Notes: generated by a model not told the origin, from the letters alone. A stretch of DNA of 63,672 nucleotides, filler included, from Octopus bimaculoides (GCF_001194135.2; 6 parts of 6 records of this genome joined end to end with filler, not necessarily neighbours in it); one strand, 5' to 3'. Shown: positions 1-12,770, numbered from the whole stretch's first letter. Numbers and translations are program-made.

Positions 1-158
1 CTCTCTGAGTGGTTGGCGTTAGGAAGGGCATCCAGCTGTAGAAACTCTGCCAAATCGGACTGGAGCCTGGTGTTGCCATCCGGTTTCACCAGTCCTCAGT
101 CAAATCGTCCAATCCATGCTAGCATGGAAAGCGGACGTTAAACGATGATGATGATGAT
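1..158 (+). mobile_element. 3' part of a high-copy retroposon (family A) ending in a (GAT)n tail
   Basis: Near-identical to 16085-16277 and to the reverse complement of 31836-32067; ends GGACGTTAAACGATGATGATG. Confidence 0.85.
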
Positions 159-168
159 ATATATACAT

Positions 169-203
<35 letters not shown>

Positions 204-519
204 CATGCACACACATGTATATATATATATATATATATACACACATGCACACACACACATACATGCACACACACATGTGTGTGTGTGCGTGTGAATAAAA
301 GATGCAGAGTGACAGATAAACAGACAAACTGACCAAAAATACAAAGACACATGCATGTACCTCATGACATTCATCCAGCAGCAGTAAGCTCACACAAGTC
401 GTGTCTAACTGAACAGATCCTTTAGATAAATGTGTTAAAAATAAAATTTATTCCATCCATTGAATCATTGAATATTCAAATAGTGTTTGGTGGAAATATA
501 TGTAAATAGAGGCAACTAT

Positions 520-820
520 ATTGGGATTGTTTGGAGACAGTTATGTAGATTAAATTGTCATGGAGAAGGATTGGATAAATGCCTGATACATTTCAGAATA
601 ATGCTCGATGGTATTTACTTAAAAAGAAAATGGTAATGGCGAAGTGTATTCTTTGATATTGAGATTTAGTGAAGGGAAGTGGGGAGCTGTACTGTATGTG
701 GTGTGTGATTCAATGATTCGTATCTAGGTTTGTCTCGCATGCTAATACAGGCATCAATGGAGCAGTCTGTGGAAGATTTTTTCCCACATAATAGGAATAA
801 TAAATCATAGACAACTTCAA
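520..820 (-). mobile_element. Possible highly degraded Penelope-like GIY-YIG C-terminal remnant
   Basis: Minus-strand translation gives YVGK near the start and EMYQAFIQSF near the end, loosely like PLE endonuclease C-termini; frameshifted and weak. Confidence 0.25.
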
Positions 821-914
821 TGGTTTCTCAATGTTCTAGTTAACTGAACAATCACCAAACTGATAAATGTAGTGATAGAAATATTAGTGATATCAGTATA
901 TACTTGCTTGAGTG

Positions 915-1310
915 TGTGGGAGGGGCATGACTGTATATTAAGAGGTTTGCTTCCCAGTTGCATGGTTCTGGATCTGACTATGTGGCACTTTGGGCAAGTG
1001 TCTTCTGCTATAACCCTGGGCCAGCTAAAAAGCTTTGAGTGGATTTGGTAGGTGGAAATTGAAAAGAAGCTTGTTGCATATATCTGTATGTGCATACGTA
1101 CGTATGTATGTATGTATGTATGTATGTATGTATGTAGGTTACTGTCTCCATGCCTTGACATCGTGTGATAGTCGTAAATGAGTATCACTGTCATATAAGC
1201 AGTGTTGTTCATTTCCAATATTCGGTAAAATCATGTCATAGATCAAAGAGAACTATTTACTTTCTTGTAAACAGGTGAGGGTTAGCAACAGGAAACTTTA
1301 GAAAATCTGC
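915..1310 (+). mobile_element. tRNA-derived SINE, family B head with an alternative tail
   Basis: TTGGGCAAGTGTCTTCT...GAGTGGATTTGGTAG core shared with 5871-6303; internal (TATG)n; different 3' half. Confidence 0.75.
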
Positions 1311-1643
1311 TTCAACAAATTATGTCCAACCTGTGTTTGCATGGGTCAGATGGAGTTTATTGAGACAGATTTCATAAAGCCAGATGCCCTTCCTGTCACC
1401 AACCCTCACCTGTTTCCAAGAAAGGTATTATTTCCCTATAGCCTGACATGTTTACGCAGAATATTGGAAATGACTGACACCACTTATATGACAGTGAAAT
1501 TCATTTACAACTATTAACCAATATCAAGAGACAGAAACACAAATACACACACACATGCATGTGCATACGCAAGAGCACACACACACTTCAGTACTAGGCC
1601 TGCATAAATGTGACAGTTGACAGTAATCAACAGCAATGTTGAT

Positions 1644-1645
<2 letters not shown>

Positions 1646-1738
<93 letters not shown>
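1646..1738. repeat. (TG)n microsatellite
   Basis: Uninterrupted TG run of about 90 nt. Confidence 0.98.
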
Positions 1739-1741
<3 letters not shown>

Positions 1742-2324
1742 ATGTGTCACATGCGCCAATCATTGTTTCCTCATCTCTGATACATCCACCTATCAAAATA
1801 TTAAGCATCACTGATTCTTGATTGATTAATTAATAGGTTTGCTAACTACTTAATTGGTTGTTTGATTAATCAATTGTCCAGTCTGACACATCTTACAAAT
1901 TTTTGAAGCTAAGCTGTCCAAATATTTTATCACTGTTAACTTAGTGAAATAGAAAATTTATTTTAAAACGTTGCTTCTCAATCAAGTTAATTACATAAGT
2001 TAATTCAAGTTCATTAGATGCAAACTGTATGCTTCCTGGCTCTTCATTTTGTTATATGCCAGTTCCTATTCCATCACCATGCTTCAACCAACACAGCTGT
2101 TTGACCATATTCCTGCTAATCTTTGACTAGACTACTAATTTGAACAGATAATCAATAGCTTCTACCAAAATAAACACAATTTTCTTTTTCTTGTACATTA
2201 AAGAAATGTTAACTTATTAGAACATATTAATACAGCTGGATGTCTTACACACAGCCATGTCTATTGCTGTGTGTATTGTGTTGATGGTATGATTGCAGCC
2301 TTGAGTACATGATTGTATGTAAAT

Positions 2325-2635
2325 AGGTGTGCGTGTGTGTAAGTGTGTGTGTGTGTGTGCGTGCATGCGTGCGTGCGTGTGTGTGTGTGTGTGTACATGA
2401 GTGGGTTTGTGTGCGTATGTGAGCTAGAGTAATCATGTACATGAGAAAACATGCCTGAGTATATGAGTGTATGCAAATGTGTGTGTGTGAGTGTGTGTAT
2501 ACAAGCGTGTGTGTGTATGCAAATGTGTGTGTGTATGCAAGTGTGTGTGTGTGTGACTACATGCATGTACATGAGAGAATGCCTGAGTATTACGTCAATG
2601 TATGCAAATATGTGAGTGTGTGAGTGTGTGTGTGT
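2325..2635. repeat. Compound TG-rich microsatellite with a duplicated spacer
   Basis: TG runs interleaved with two copies of CATGTACATGAGA..ATGCCTGAGTAT. Confidence 0.8.
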
Positions 2636-3343
2636 CTTCACCTCACAAACCATAGATTGTGAGTTCATATCTATAGCAGATGTTACCGTTTATTTTTTCT
2701 CTTGGCATGAAAGAATTATTCTCAATTCATTAGAGATAACTTTAACTGTTTGTGTTCCAAGATTCCAAGAAACGTAATGATGATAGAATGACATTAAGAT
2801 ATAATTTATACTTAAAGATTTATTTGGTCACCTTATGGAAGAGAACTATGGTGTCACTTGGTCAAGTAAACAGAAGCAAACAACTGTAAGATTTGTACAT
2901 TTTTACTTCTGTTTTTCCATACAAACATAGGTAAGCCAAATACATATTATTGAAGTACTGTTTTTACAGCTGGATGCCTATGCTGCCACTAATCCTTACC
3001 TGTTTTTCAAGTAACAAAGTTTCCATTCCCACTCAACTTTGAAAATGCAGAGCTAATGGATGATTTGTTGACTGGGAAATGACCATATAGAATACTGCCA
3101 TAGTCCAGTCATTTTTCATCCAATTACAGAATATAAACACATTCACACAGACACAGACATACACGCACAATCATTTTAAAGTACACTTTTCCAAACTTGT
3201 GTGGGTTAGAAGGAGTTTATTGAAGCAGATTTTCTCTGGTTACATATGCATCCTATTACCAACCATCTCTGGTTTCCAAGCAAGATAATATTTCACCCCT
3301 GGTCAGACAAGAAGACATAAACATACATACTTATTTACACGTG

Positions 3344-3905
3344 TGTATGGTGCAGTGAATATATTTTCGTCTAAATTACACAAAAACGAAAATAACACTG
3401 ACGTCTCATTTTAACAGATATATTTACCAAAATTACATTTATCTTGAAATACTAAAGAGTAAATTTATTCAATAAAATCACTACTGGCTCCAATCACGGC
3501 CTCCAGACAACTTTGGAATCTCCTGTAACTTTTCTGGACGGTCTCCTTGGTGAATACAGCCATAATCCTTGCCTTCAAGTTCATCTTTGGTGTTACAAAG
3601 AGTTTTGTTGGTCTCTCGTTCAACTGCACCCCACACATAATAATCAAGAGGGTTGCAGTTTGGGGAATTAGGTGGCCAAATGTTAGGGGTGATGTGGTCC
3701 CAGAAATTGTCTGACCGCACAAATGCCAAGCAGTACAGCATATTGTTTCCAAATTTCTGACAGAGTGAATTGCATCGTGATGTTGTTTTTCTCACAGATG
3801 GTGCCCAACTGACCCTACTATATTGTATAGTCAACAAAATCAAAAACAAACAATGCGCGAAATTGAAAATATAAAATGGCAACAATTTACTTATCACACC
3901 CTATA
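3344..3905 (-). mobile_element. maT-type (DD37D) Tc1/mariner internal-deletion derivative
   Basis: Minus ORFs give WDHITPNIWPPNSPNCNPLDYYVWGAVERETNK...KARIMAVF...LEAVIGASSDFIE; degenerate TIRs match the ends of 52330-53178. Confidence 0.9.
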
Positions 3906-4009
3906 TATATGTACATGTACGCATATATATGCGTGTGTGCGTGTGTATAGATATATGCACATGTGTGTGTGCGTGTATATATATATATGTATATCTTATC
4001 AGTTGGATG

Positions 4010-4200
4010 CTCTTCCCAGTAGTTGGCATTAGGAAGGGCATTCAGCTGTAGAAACTAAGCCAAAACAGATCATGTTGCCTGGTGTGGTTTCCCCTAGCCA
4101 TGCCAATTCTTTTCAAGCCATCTAAGCCATGCCAGCATAGAAAACAGACATTAGATGTTGTTGTTGTTGATTATGATGATGAAGATGATGAAGATGATGA
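4010..4200 (+). mobile_element. Degraded family A retroposon 3' end
   Basis: TTGGCATTAGGAAGGGCATTCAGCTGTAGAAAC...GACATTAGATG plus a (GAT)n-like tail. Confidence 0.7.
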
Positions 4201-4401
4201 TTTTAATCACCACTCTTTCAGATTGTGTTTATTGAGGCAGATTTTGCGGGCTGAATGCTCATACTTTCACTAATCTTTATGTATTTCCATGTCCTCATGG
4301 CTTGAGATGTTTCCCCGAAAGATTGGAAACAAAGGACACCACCTGCATGATAGTGACACTCATTTACAACAAACACATGATGTCAAAACAAGGAGACACC
4401 G

Positions 4402-4437
<36 letters not shown>

Positions 4438-4575
4438 CAGGCGTCTTTTAGTTTCTATCTATCAAATCCACTCGCATGGCTTTTGTTAGTCCAAGCTAAA
4501 GAAGTCATCTGCCCAAGATGCCACACAGTGGGATTGAACCCAAAACCATGTACTTATAAAGCAAACAATGCAACC
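4200..4575 (-). mobile_element. tRNA-derived SINE, same composite type as 915-1310
   Basis: Reverse-complement match to family B head (CAAATCCACTC...TGCCCAAGATGCCAC..AGTGGGATTGAACC) and to the alternative tail. Confidence 0.7.
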
Positions 4576-4629
4576 ACAGAGCCACTTGTTTTACTAACAT
4601 AAGAAAGCAACCATAAAAAATATCAACAC

Positions 4630-5035
4630 AGGCACAGGAGTGGCTGTGTGGTAAGTAGCTTGCTTACCAACCACATGGTTCCTGGTTCATTCCCACTGCG
4701 TGGCACCTTGGGCAAGTGTCTTCTACTATAGCCTCGGGCCTTGTGAGTGGATTTGGTAGATGGAAACTGAAAGAAGCCCATCGTATACATGTATATATAT
4801 ATATATATATGTGTGTGTGTTTATGTTTGTGTGTCTGTGTTTGCCCCCCCCCCCAACATCGCTTGACAACCGATGGTGGTGTGTTTACGTCCCCATAACT
4901 TAGCAGTTCGGCAAAAAGAGACCGATAGAATAAGTACTAGGCTTCCAAAGAATAAGTCATGGGGTCGATTTGCTCGACTAAAGGTGGTGTTCCAGCATGG
5001 CCGCAGTCAAATGACTGCAACAAGTAAAAGAAAAA
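4630..5035 (+). mobile_element. tRNA-derived SINE family B
   Basis: AGGCACAGGAGTGGCTGTGTGGTAAG head with B-box-like GGTTCA; 3' end GACTGCAACAAGTAAAAGA; small internal deletion relative to 5871-6303. Confidence 0.9.
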
Positions 5036-5438
5036 AGAAAAGAAAAAATATAAAAGTTAACAAAAAAGCCTTTATGTGCTTGTTTGACCTGCTGGAATCA
5101 GCAACCACATTGCCTTCCAAATTTTCTGCAAATTTAAAATACATATCCCAATTGTAACCCTGTATCTTATGATGATTCTTCACTGCACATCAGAGTGTGC
5201 AACAAGGTCCTTAGGTATGGTGTATGTGGAACAACAGGTCTGTACATCAGGGCTAGTCATTCTGCCATCTACCTACGTGTGCCATAGGAATGTTCAATCA
5301 AAACCAATCTCGGTCTGCTCACCAACAACAACAACAACTATAACATATATATAATTAATGAAGAGAAAATGAAGGAGTGAAAATCAAAAACAAAAGCAAA
5401 AAACAGAAAATATTAAAAATTAACACTGATCAACTTAC

Positions 5439-5534
5439 CTGATCAACAAGATGTAACTTTGTAACATATGCCCTTTCTGTCTTAAGTAATTCCTCCACAA
5501 TTTTGTACCTGATATTTTTTTGTTTCTCAGATTC
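5439..5534 (-). CDS. FGD: Internal exon of an FGD-family (FYVE, RhoGEF and PH domain) gene, start of the DH domain
   Basis: Acceptor ...tttatcttttatAG at 5536-5535, donor GTAAGT at 5438-5433; 96 nt, phase 0/0, open; translates ESEKQKNIRYKIVEELLKTERAYVTKLHLVDQ, resembling the FGD1/FGD4 DH start (KIANELLxTERAYVxRLxLLDQ, recalled). Family-level call only. Confidence 0.9.
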
Positions 5535-5870
5535 CTATAAAAGATAAAGATAAACATGAATATATAAGAGCCACAGCATATTTTAAACATACTTAATCTT
5601 TTATTCTTTTAATGGATTCAGTTATTGTAGTGTGGACATGTTGGAGGGAAACACATTTTTATGGGTATAGTTTGTTGCATTGACCACCTCTATACTTTTT
5701 TCATTAATCGCAGAAGACTGGGAACAAAGAGGAGCTGCATGAAATTGGAACTCAGAATGCAAGGACACACAATCAAATAAATAGCAAACAGTTATTATCC
5801 TATATATAAACACTAAAAGCTTTTTCTCTTTTCTCTCAATCCCTGAACTACAAACGAGCTATGAAGAAAA

Positions 5871-6303
5871 AGTGCGTAGGAGTGGCTGTGTGGTAAGTAG
5901 CTTGCTTACCAACCACATGGTCCCAGGTTCAGTCCCACTGCGTGGCATCTTGGCCAAGTGTCTTCTACTATAGCCTCGGGCCGACCAAAGCCTTGTGAGT
6001 GGATTTGGTAGACGGAAACTGAAAGAAGCCTGTCGTATATATGTATATATATATGTATGTGTGTATGTGTTTGTGTGTATGTGTTTGTGTGTCTGTGTTT
6101 GTCCCCCCAACATCGCTTGACAACCGATGCTGGTGTGTTTATGTCCCCGTAACTTAGCGGTTCGGCAAAAGAGACCGATAGAATAAGTACTAGGCTTCTA
6201 AAGAATAAGTCCTGGGGTCGATTTGCGCAACTAAAGGTGGTGCTCCAGCATGGCCACAGTCAAAAGACTGAAACAAGTAAAAGAGTAAAAGAGAAAAAAG
6301 AGT
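5871..6303 (+). mobile_element. tRNA-derived SINE family B, full length
   Basis: tRNA-like head, conserved core, internal (TA)/(TG) tract, 3' (GAGTAAAA)n tail. Confidence 0.92.
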
Positions 6304-6629
6304 AAGACGTTCCACCACACTGTAATTTTTTTAATCTCTGATGAAATATCTCACGTAATAAAATGTTAAATTGATCACAGGTTATGTCAGGCTGATGACT
6401 TCTAAAAAGAATGAAACAATGCTAGACATGATTACTGCTAGCTAGAAAATTTAAGAATTTTGTAATAAAAAATGAAATGTAGGAATTCTGTATGTTTTTT
6501 TTTTTTCTGTATAGTTCCTTAATTTCAAATTCAAATTTTTAATCCCACCTCATATTATGAAAAAATGGGTTTTTCCCTAGTAATAGCTGTGACCACTAAG
6601 ATTTTATCTTCTGCTCTACTGATGTTTAG

Positions 6630-6885
6630 TGAGGGAAGAAGGGTGTCTGGGAGAGAGGGGAAAGAGAAGAAAAGAAGAATGAAATGAAAGGAAACAACAA
6701 AAGGGAAGCAAAAGGGAATGAAGACAACAGGAAAAAGAAAGGGTAAGGGAGTGAGGATAGAGGTGAAGGAAAGATGACAAGGAGAGAAGGGAGGAGACAA
6801 ACAGGGTGGGCAGATGTAGATGGAGGTGAAGAAAGGAAGGAGTGAAGAGAAGGGAAGGGGAATGCCAGGGAAAGAAAGAAGGCAG
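6630..6885. repeat. Purine-rich (GA/GAA) low-complexity tract
   Basis: Plus strand is overwhelmingly A/G for about 250 nt. Confidence 0.8.
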
Positions 6886-7512
6886 TTTACAGATATCCAA
6901 GATTTAAATATTCATCTGACCAATGCCAGCAACAAAGTGGATGCAGAGATTAAAGGGAACAGAACGACACAAACACCAAAACACAGGAAATAAAACTGAG
7001 GTGAACCAGTTCTAGATTGCTATAAACTGTAACTAGCCATGACAGCTTGTTATAGAGATACAAAACAGTCTGACTTCACTAATTATGCTAAATACATATA
7101 ATTAACAGTACCCCAAACACACAAACACACTCACACACACACTATATATGTATGTGTGTGTATATATATATATATGTGTGTGTATGTGTGTGTGTGTGTA
7201 TGTGTATGCATGTATGTATATATGTATGTGTACATATACATACATATGTATGTACATACATAAATATGTATGTATATATGTATGTATGTATGTATGTATG
7301 CATGCATACAGGTGCCATATAGTATGACTAAGCTCTGTACTACTGACAGATGAGATACTCCAGATATATACACACACAACATACATGGATATCTAAAATG
7401 ATAGCTTCTATGTGGTCCTATGCTCTTCTACATAGATTGGCAAAAATCTCTCAAATCAAACTATTGCTTTAAAAAATGGNNNNNNNNNNACACACACACA
7501 CACACATATATG

Positions 7513-7673
7513 ATGGGCTTCTTTCATTTTCCTTCTACCAAATCCACTCACAAGGCTTTGGTCAGCCCGAGGCTATAGTAGAAGACACTTGCCCAAGGTG
7601 CCATGCAGTGGGACTGAACCCAAAACCATGTGGTTGGTAAGTAAGCTACTCGCCACACAGCCACTCCTGCGCC
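7513..7673 (-). mobile_element. SINE family B, 5' half
   Basis: Reverse complement of head and core; truncated at the microsatellite and gap. Confidence 0.9.
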
Positions 7674-7869
7674 TATGTATGACAATGAAATCTGAGACAA
7701 TGTGCATGTGTTTTGCAGAGATTTATGTCAAAGCTCATACTTGTTTCTTTTAATAACCACTTGAGCACCACTTTTGTAAATAATGCCTAAAGTGACCAGA
7801 TGATTGTGCTGTATTTCACACACACACACACACACGTTGTCATTTAATGTCCTTCACCATGCTGGCATG

Positions 7870-8259
7870 GTGGAGGCGCAATGGCCCAGTGGTTAGGGCA
7901 GCGGACTCGCGGTTATAGGATCGCGGTTTCGATTCCCACACCAGGTGTTGTGAGTGTTTATTGAGCGAAAACACCTAAAAGCTCCACGAGGCTCCAGCAG
8001 GGAATAGTGGCGAACCCTGCTGTACTCTTTCACCACAACTTTCTCTGACTCTTACTTCCTGTTTCTGTTGTGCCTGTAATTCAAAGAGCCAGCCTTGTCA
8101 CACTGTGTCACGCTGAATATCCCCGAGAACTACATTAAGGGTACACGTGTCTGTGGAATGCTCAGCCATTGGCACGTTAATTTCATGAGCAGGCTGTTCC
8201 GTTGATCGGATCAACTGGAACCCTCGACATCATAAGCGACGGAGTGCCAACAACAAAAA
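7870..8259 (+). mobile_element. tRNA-derived SINE family C with 12-bp TSD
   Basis: A-box-like TGGCCCAGTGG, B-box-like GGTTTCGATTCC; TSD CATGCTGGCATG (7858-7869) / CATGCTGACATG (8260-8271). Confidence 0.92.
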
Positions 8260-9589
8260 CATGCTGACATGAACTGAATTGTTTGACAGGATCTGATGAT
8301 CCAGACAACTACATTAAACTCCTATGTCTGCTGGTCAGGTAGCTCTTCAACACAAGAAACCTGTTCTGTTCTAGTCCCTTCTGTCATACATCCCATAGCA
8401 TAAAACCATCTCCCTATAGCCCCACTCAATCAAAAGGAGTCTTAGTCTCGCAGGTTGCAGGGCAATCAGCAATGCTGGTGCCACAAAAAAGCACCCAGTG
8501 CATGCAGTAAAGTGCTTGGCTTTATGAAGTACATCCAACTACAGAAAAGCATGATGAAGTCTTTAGACATATCAGGTTCTGTCAAATTATCCAACCCATG
8601 GCAGCATGGAACTTGGATGTTAAATGATGATGACGTATCTAATCTAGTCTATAGACACACAAGAGACACAGTGGAATCATAAGCAGGTCAACAGAGAAAG
8701 CAGATTTTTTTTTATGTGGAAGATACAAAGTCTACAAATGCTTTTTCTCTCTTTCTCCTTCCTCCACAGACAGACAACTGGGTTATTTTCTTGATTCTAT
8801 TGCCACCATCATCCATCCCCACTTTTGTTTTATCCACTTTTGCTCACCTTTTCACACTCTTTCAACCTTTAACACTACATTCCCTTATCATTCAGTCCCT
8901 CTTCTCTCTCCTAACTGCTGTATTATTCTGCTGTTGTAAGTAATAAAATTTGAACCCATCACCATTTCTGTTCCACCAGTTTCCACTCCCACTGTTCCCC
9001 ACCATTCCCGCATTCATCTCCTATGTACATGTGACCACCTATGCTTATAACCAACCCTCTCTCAGTGTCCTCTCACACTCTTGCAACCTTACTCTCCCTT
9101 GCTGATTCTCCAGTCTCTATGATCTTGTCTCATCATCTTTTCAGACATTACCTTAAGGGTATCTTCTGACACCTTGTCATTACCATATTTATCTTTCTTT
9201 GTGGCATCACTTCAGCCACCCCTACTTATGTAAATTACTTATATAAAATGCAAAGTCTCTATTCCTCCTTTCTTACATTATCCTCTCAACACCATACATA
9301 AAGCTCTTTCTTCAATTCTCCCTCTCAAGTAAAGGGGTCTTTTTAGTGTTACAAATTTAGGCAACTTCACTAGTGCTGGTGCCACAAAAAAAAAAAGGCA
9401 TCTAGTATGTTTTTGTAAAGTGGTTGGCATTAGAAAAGACATTCAGCTGTAGAAACCATAAAAAAGATGAGTACAGTAGCAAGATGTCATCCTCTGACCT
9501 GTTGCATTCTGTTTAACCATCCAACTCATGCTAGCATGGAAAGCAGATGTAAAAATGACGACAATATGTATATATATATGTTCGGGAAT

Positions 9590-9810
9590 CAAAACCATGA
9601 TCACAATGTCATAGTTTCGATTCCTGGACTGGGCTGTGCATTGTATTCTTGAGCGAAACACTTAAGTTCATATTTCTTCAGTCCACTCAGCTGTAAATGA
9701 GTAATCCTGCAGCTGACTGGCATCCCATTTAGAAGAAATGTGATCTCAGTCGCTTATACACCACGGAAACTTGATAACTGACCATATGAATCCAAGGATG
9801 GCTATTTAAG
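9590..9810 (+). mobile_element. Degraded tRNA-derived SINE related to family D
   Basis: GTTTCGATTCCTGGACTGGGCTGTG..TTGTATTCTTGAGC...CAGTCCACTCAGCTGTAAATGAGT, similar to 26810-27150. Confidence 0.7.
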
Positions 9811-9842
9811 TAATGTGTCTGTGAATGATTAAGGGGTTAGAT

Positions 9843-9884
9843 GTGTGCTGATGAAGGGACAAAAACTCCTGAAATATGGCATAT
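9843..9884 (+). ncRNA. Degenerate hammerhead-ribozyme-like motif
   Basis: GTGTG-CTGATGA-AGG(GACAAAAACT)CCT-GAAA-TATGG-CATAT; stems I and II can pair but the NUH cleavage triplet is lost. Confidence 0.35.
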
Positions 9885-10400
9885 ATGCCCATTACTCTTT
9901 TTTCATCTTTGATCTCATTGTTTGTTTACATCTGATATTTTGGATATGAAACATCATAACAAAAGTCAGTGCTGGTTATAATTTCTATAGAGTATCTGTA
10001 GAGATAACCTTAACAAGTTAAGACAGTAATGTCCAGAAGACTTACTTTAGTTTACTGGTAGTGCCTAAGCATGGTCACAGCCTCTAACTAAAACTGATAC
10101 TAGAATATATATATATATATATATTTTTAGAGACACTTTCAAATTTATCAGAATATTTGGGCTGAAGATTGGAATAGTGAAATTTTCATTCGCTTAACCA
10201 TGAAACGATTCGTATCCAATTAACTAAAGACTTGTTTTGTTTACGCTTTTCCCTCCGGTTTTTTGTTCTATGTGTGCCATAAATATCGCCATCCGTTTAG
10301 AGAAAAATTTGTAGTTTAGAATCAGTAGTTCTTTGACTGCTATTTCTAAATTTTCAGTATGTTGGAGAAGCAACTCAATGCTAATCCCTGTATATTTATG

Positions 10401-10438
<38 letters not shown>

Positions 10439-10543
10439 AGTAACTATTTGAACTTGGGTATATGTCTGTTAGTATGCTGATTAAAGCATGTTTAAGTTAC
10501 CTGATGTCATCCACAGTAACGATATAATTTTCACTAGATCTAT

Positions 10544-10905
10544 GGAAAATGGATTTTGTACAAATCTTTATTCAATGTGACAATCATTTCTACCCACCCT
10601 GCAGCTGTCCCTTATGGGTAGGATATTTTGCATGTAGTTGTGTTGCATAAATCAGAGCAGTCTGTGTCTCCTCAGGTGTTTGGTATAAAAGATATCCTAC
10701 TACATATACTGAGTTCCTCCAGGCATGTTGTACTCTTTCATAGTATGTGGGATACCTTTTTATATCCAATGCCTGAAGAGACACAGACTGCACTGATTGA
10801 TGCAACACAACTAAATGCACAACAACCTACTCGTAAGGGACAGCTGCAGAATGGGTCAAAACAACCATCGAATTGAATAAAGATTTGTACCAAATCCATT
10901 TTCTA
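10544..10905. mobile_element. Foldback/MITE-like element, imperfect palindrome over its whole length
   Basis: AAAATGGATTTTGTACAAATCTTTATTCAAT (10546-) matches the reverse complement of the segment ending 10902 with one mismatch; pairing continues inward, so similar ORFs appear on both strands. Confidence 0.85.
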
Positions 10906-10918
10906 TTTCCTTCATCAG

Positions 10919-10952
<34 letters not shown>

Positions 10953-11157
10953 GTTAATTCTTCGAAACGGCGGTGTTTTAATGGTAGCAGCTGATGAAGG
11001 AGATGTTTCTATGTGGCTTGCTTGTTTGTTGTACCTTGTTTATCATTTTGTCCATGTTCTTTTGCCACATCATGTACCCAGTTATGTATCTATATGTACA
11101 TGTAGATGAAGGTATGTACATACATGTACATATATATGCATATACTCATATATTGTT

Positions 11158-11192
<35 letters not shown>

Positions 11193-12214
11193 AATGAGTC
11201 TGCATTCATTTGGAATTGTTTGGAATAACATGGTGAAAGTTGGGAGTAAAATAAAATATGTAATCTGATAGGGATACAGTATAGAGACAGTTAAGGAAAG
11301 GGCTATGCTATACCACTCCCCTACACACACAAACATGCATACAGTCCATTGACTATATGTGTGGTGGGGTGAGGTAGTGGCCTATGGTAATTGGGTAGTA
11401 GCTTACCATTCCTTCAGTGAATAATGATTTAAAGGGTAAAGTGGACTGTTACAACTGCGCTATAATTAGCTTAGAGGAAAGGAATACAGTCAGTCGTAAA
11501 GGTTGTGATGTTAAGATGAAAAGAAATAAAAGTTTAGCTTCATTGAAATATAATTAAAGGGAAATACACTCTGGATAATCCCAGTATTTTTATTATTTTT
11601 ATTTTTATATCAGCAATGAGATAAAAGTTACAGTAAAAACACTCCCTCAGGATTTTGGTGGCGGTGGTGGTGGATGGTGTGTGTGTATTGTGGGGAACTA
11701 CACTGTCTCTGGACCAGCTAGAAATCACAGTCAAATCTCCCCTGAAATAACTTTTTTTTAAATAAAGAAGTAACATTTTAAAATCTGTGGGCTTCTGGAC
11801 CTTAGGCCAAACAAGAACAACATGAAACTGAAACTTAACTATAACTCCAGCCCTAGACCAAAAAAAGTGAATTTGGTATATAGAAACTGTAAAGAAGCCT
11901 TCCACACACACACACACAAATACACACGTGTATGTATATATGAGTGTGTAGGTGTATATTTACATTCATTTTGCAAATAAGAGAACTGAAGTACAAATGG
12001 TAATGTTTCTTGACATTCCCTTTCAATATATATACCCCCACTAGGTCTGCACTATTGAAGACAAGTGAAATGAAAAATCCTTTTCTTGAAAAATAGGTGA
12101 AGGTAGAGAGAGCATCAAGCTCCAATGATGCTTGAATGACAGATTTCCATATAATCCACACAAGCATGGGGAAAAAGATGTTAAATGAATGAGTATATGT
12201 GTGTGTGTTGGTGT

Positions 12215-12345
12215 TAGGAAAGGCATCCAGCCGTAAAAAAAACTATCCCAAAATAGTCAGTGAATCCTGGTGCAGTCTTGTGGCTTGCCAACTCCTGTCA
12301 AACCATCCAACCCATATCAGCATGGAAAACAGATGTTAAATGGTG
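12215..12345 (+). mobile_element. Degraded family A retroposon 3' end
   Basis: TTGGTGTTAGGAAAGGCATCCAGC...CCATCCAACCCAT..CAGCATGGAAAACAGATGTTAAATG. Confidence 0.75.
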
Positions 12346-12376
12346 ATTTTTTTATACACACACACACACATATATC

Positions 12377-12770
12377 GGGAGTGGCTGTGTGGTAAGAATC
12401 TTGCTTCCCTAACACATGGCTTTGGGTTCAATCCCACTGCCTGGCATGTCGAGCAAGTGTCTTCTACTATAGCCTTGGGCTGACCAAAGACTTGTGAGTG
12501 GATTTGGTAGATGGAAACTGAAAGAAGCCCATCACACACACACACACACACACACATACATGTATTTGAGTCTGTGTTTGACACCCCAACCATATCTTGA
12601 CAACCAATGTTGGTGTGTTTATGTCGCCCGTAACTTAGCAGTTCAGCAAAAGAGACTTATAGCATAAGTACTAGGCTTACAAAGAATAAATCCTAGGGCT
12701 GATCTGTTCGACTAGAAGCGGTGCTCCAGCATGGCCGCAGTCAGATGACTGAAACAAGTAAAAGAATAAT
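12377..12770 (+). mobile_element. tRNA-derived SINE family B
   Basis: Same head, core and tail as 5871-6303, more diverged. Confidence 0.88.

Noticed and set aside
7870-7945. tRNA-like sequences at SINE heads (also 26810, 30030-30104, 38440-38505)
   Set aside because: No complete cloverleaf; they continue into repeat bodies, so they are SINE heads, not tRNA genes.
10985-11015. CTGATGAAGG without a matching GAAA (also 58980-59025 on the minus strand)
   Set aside because: A full hammerhead fold cannot be built; at most a very decayed relic.
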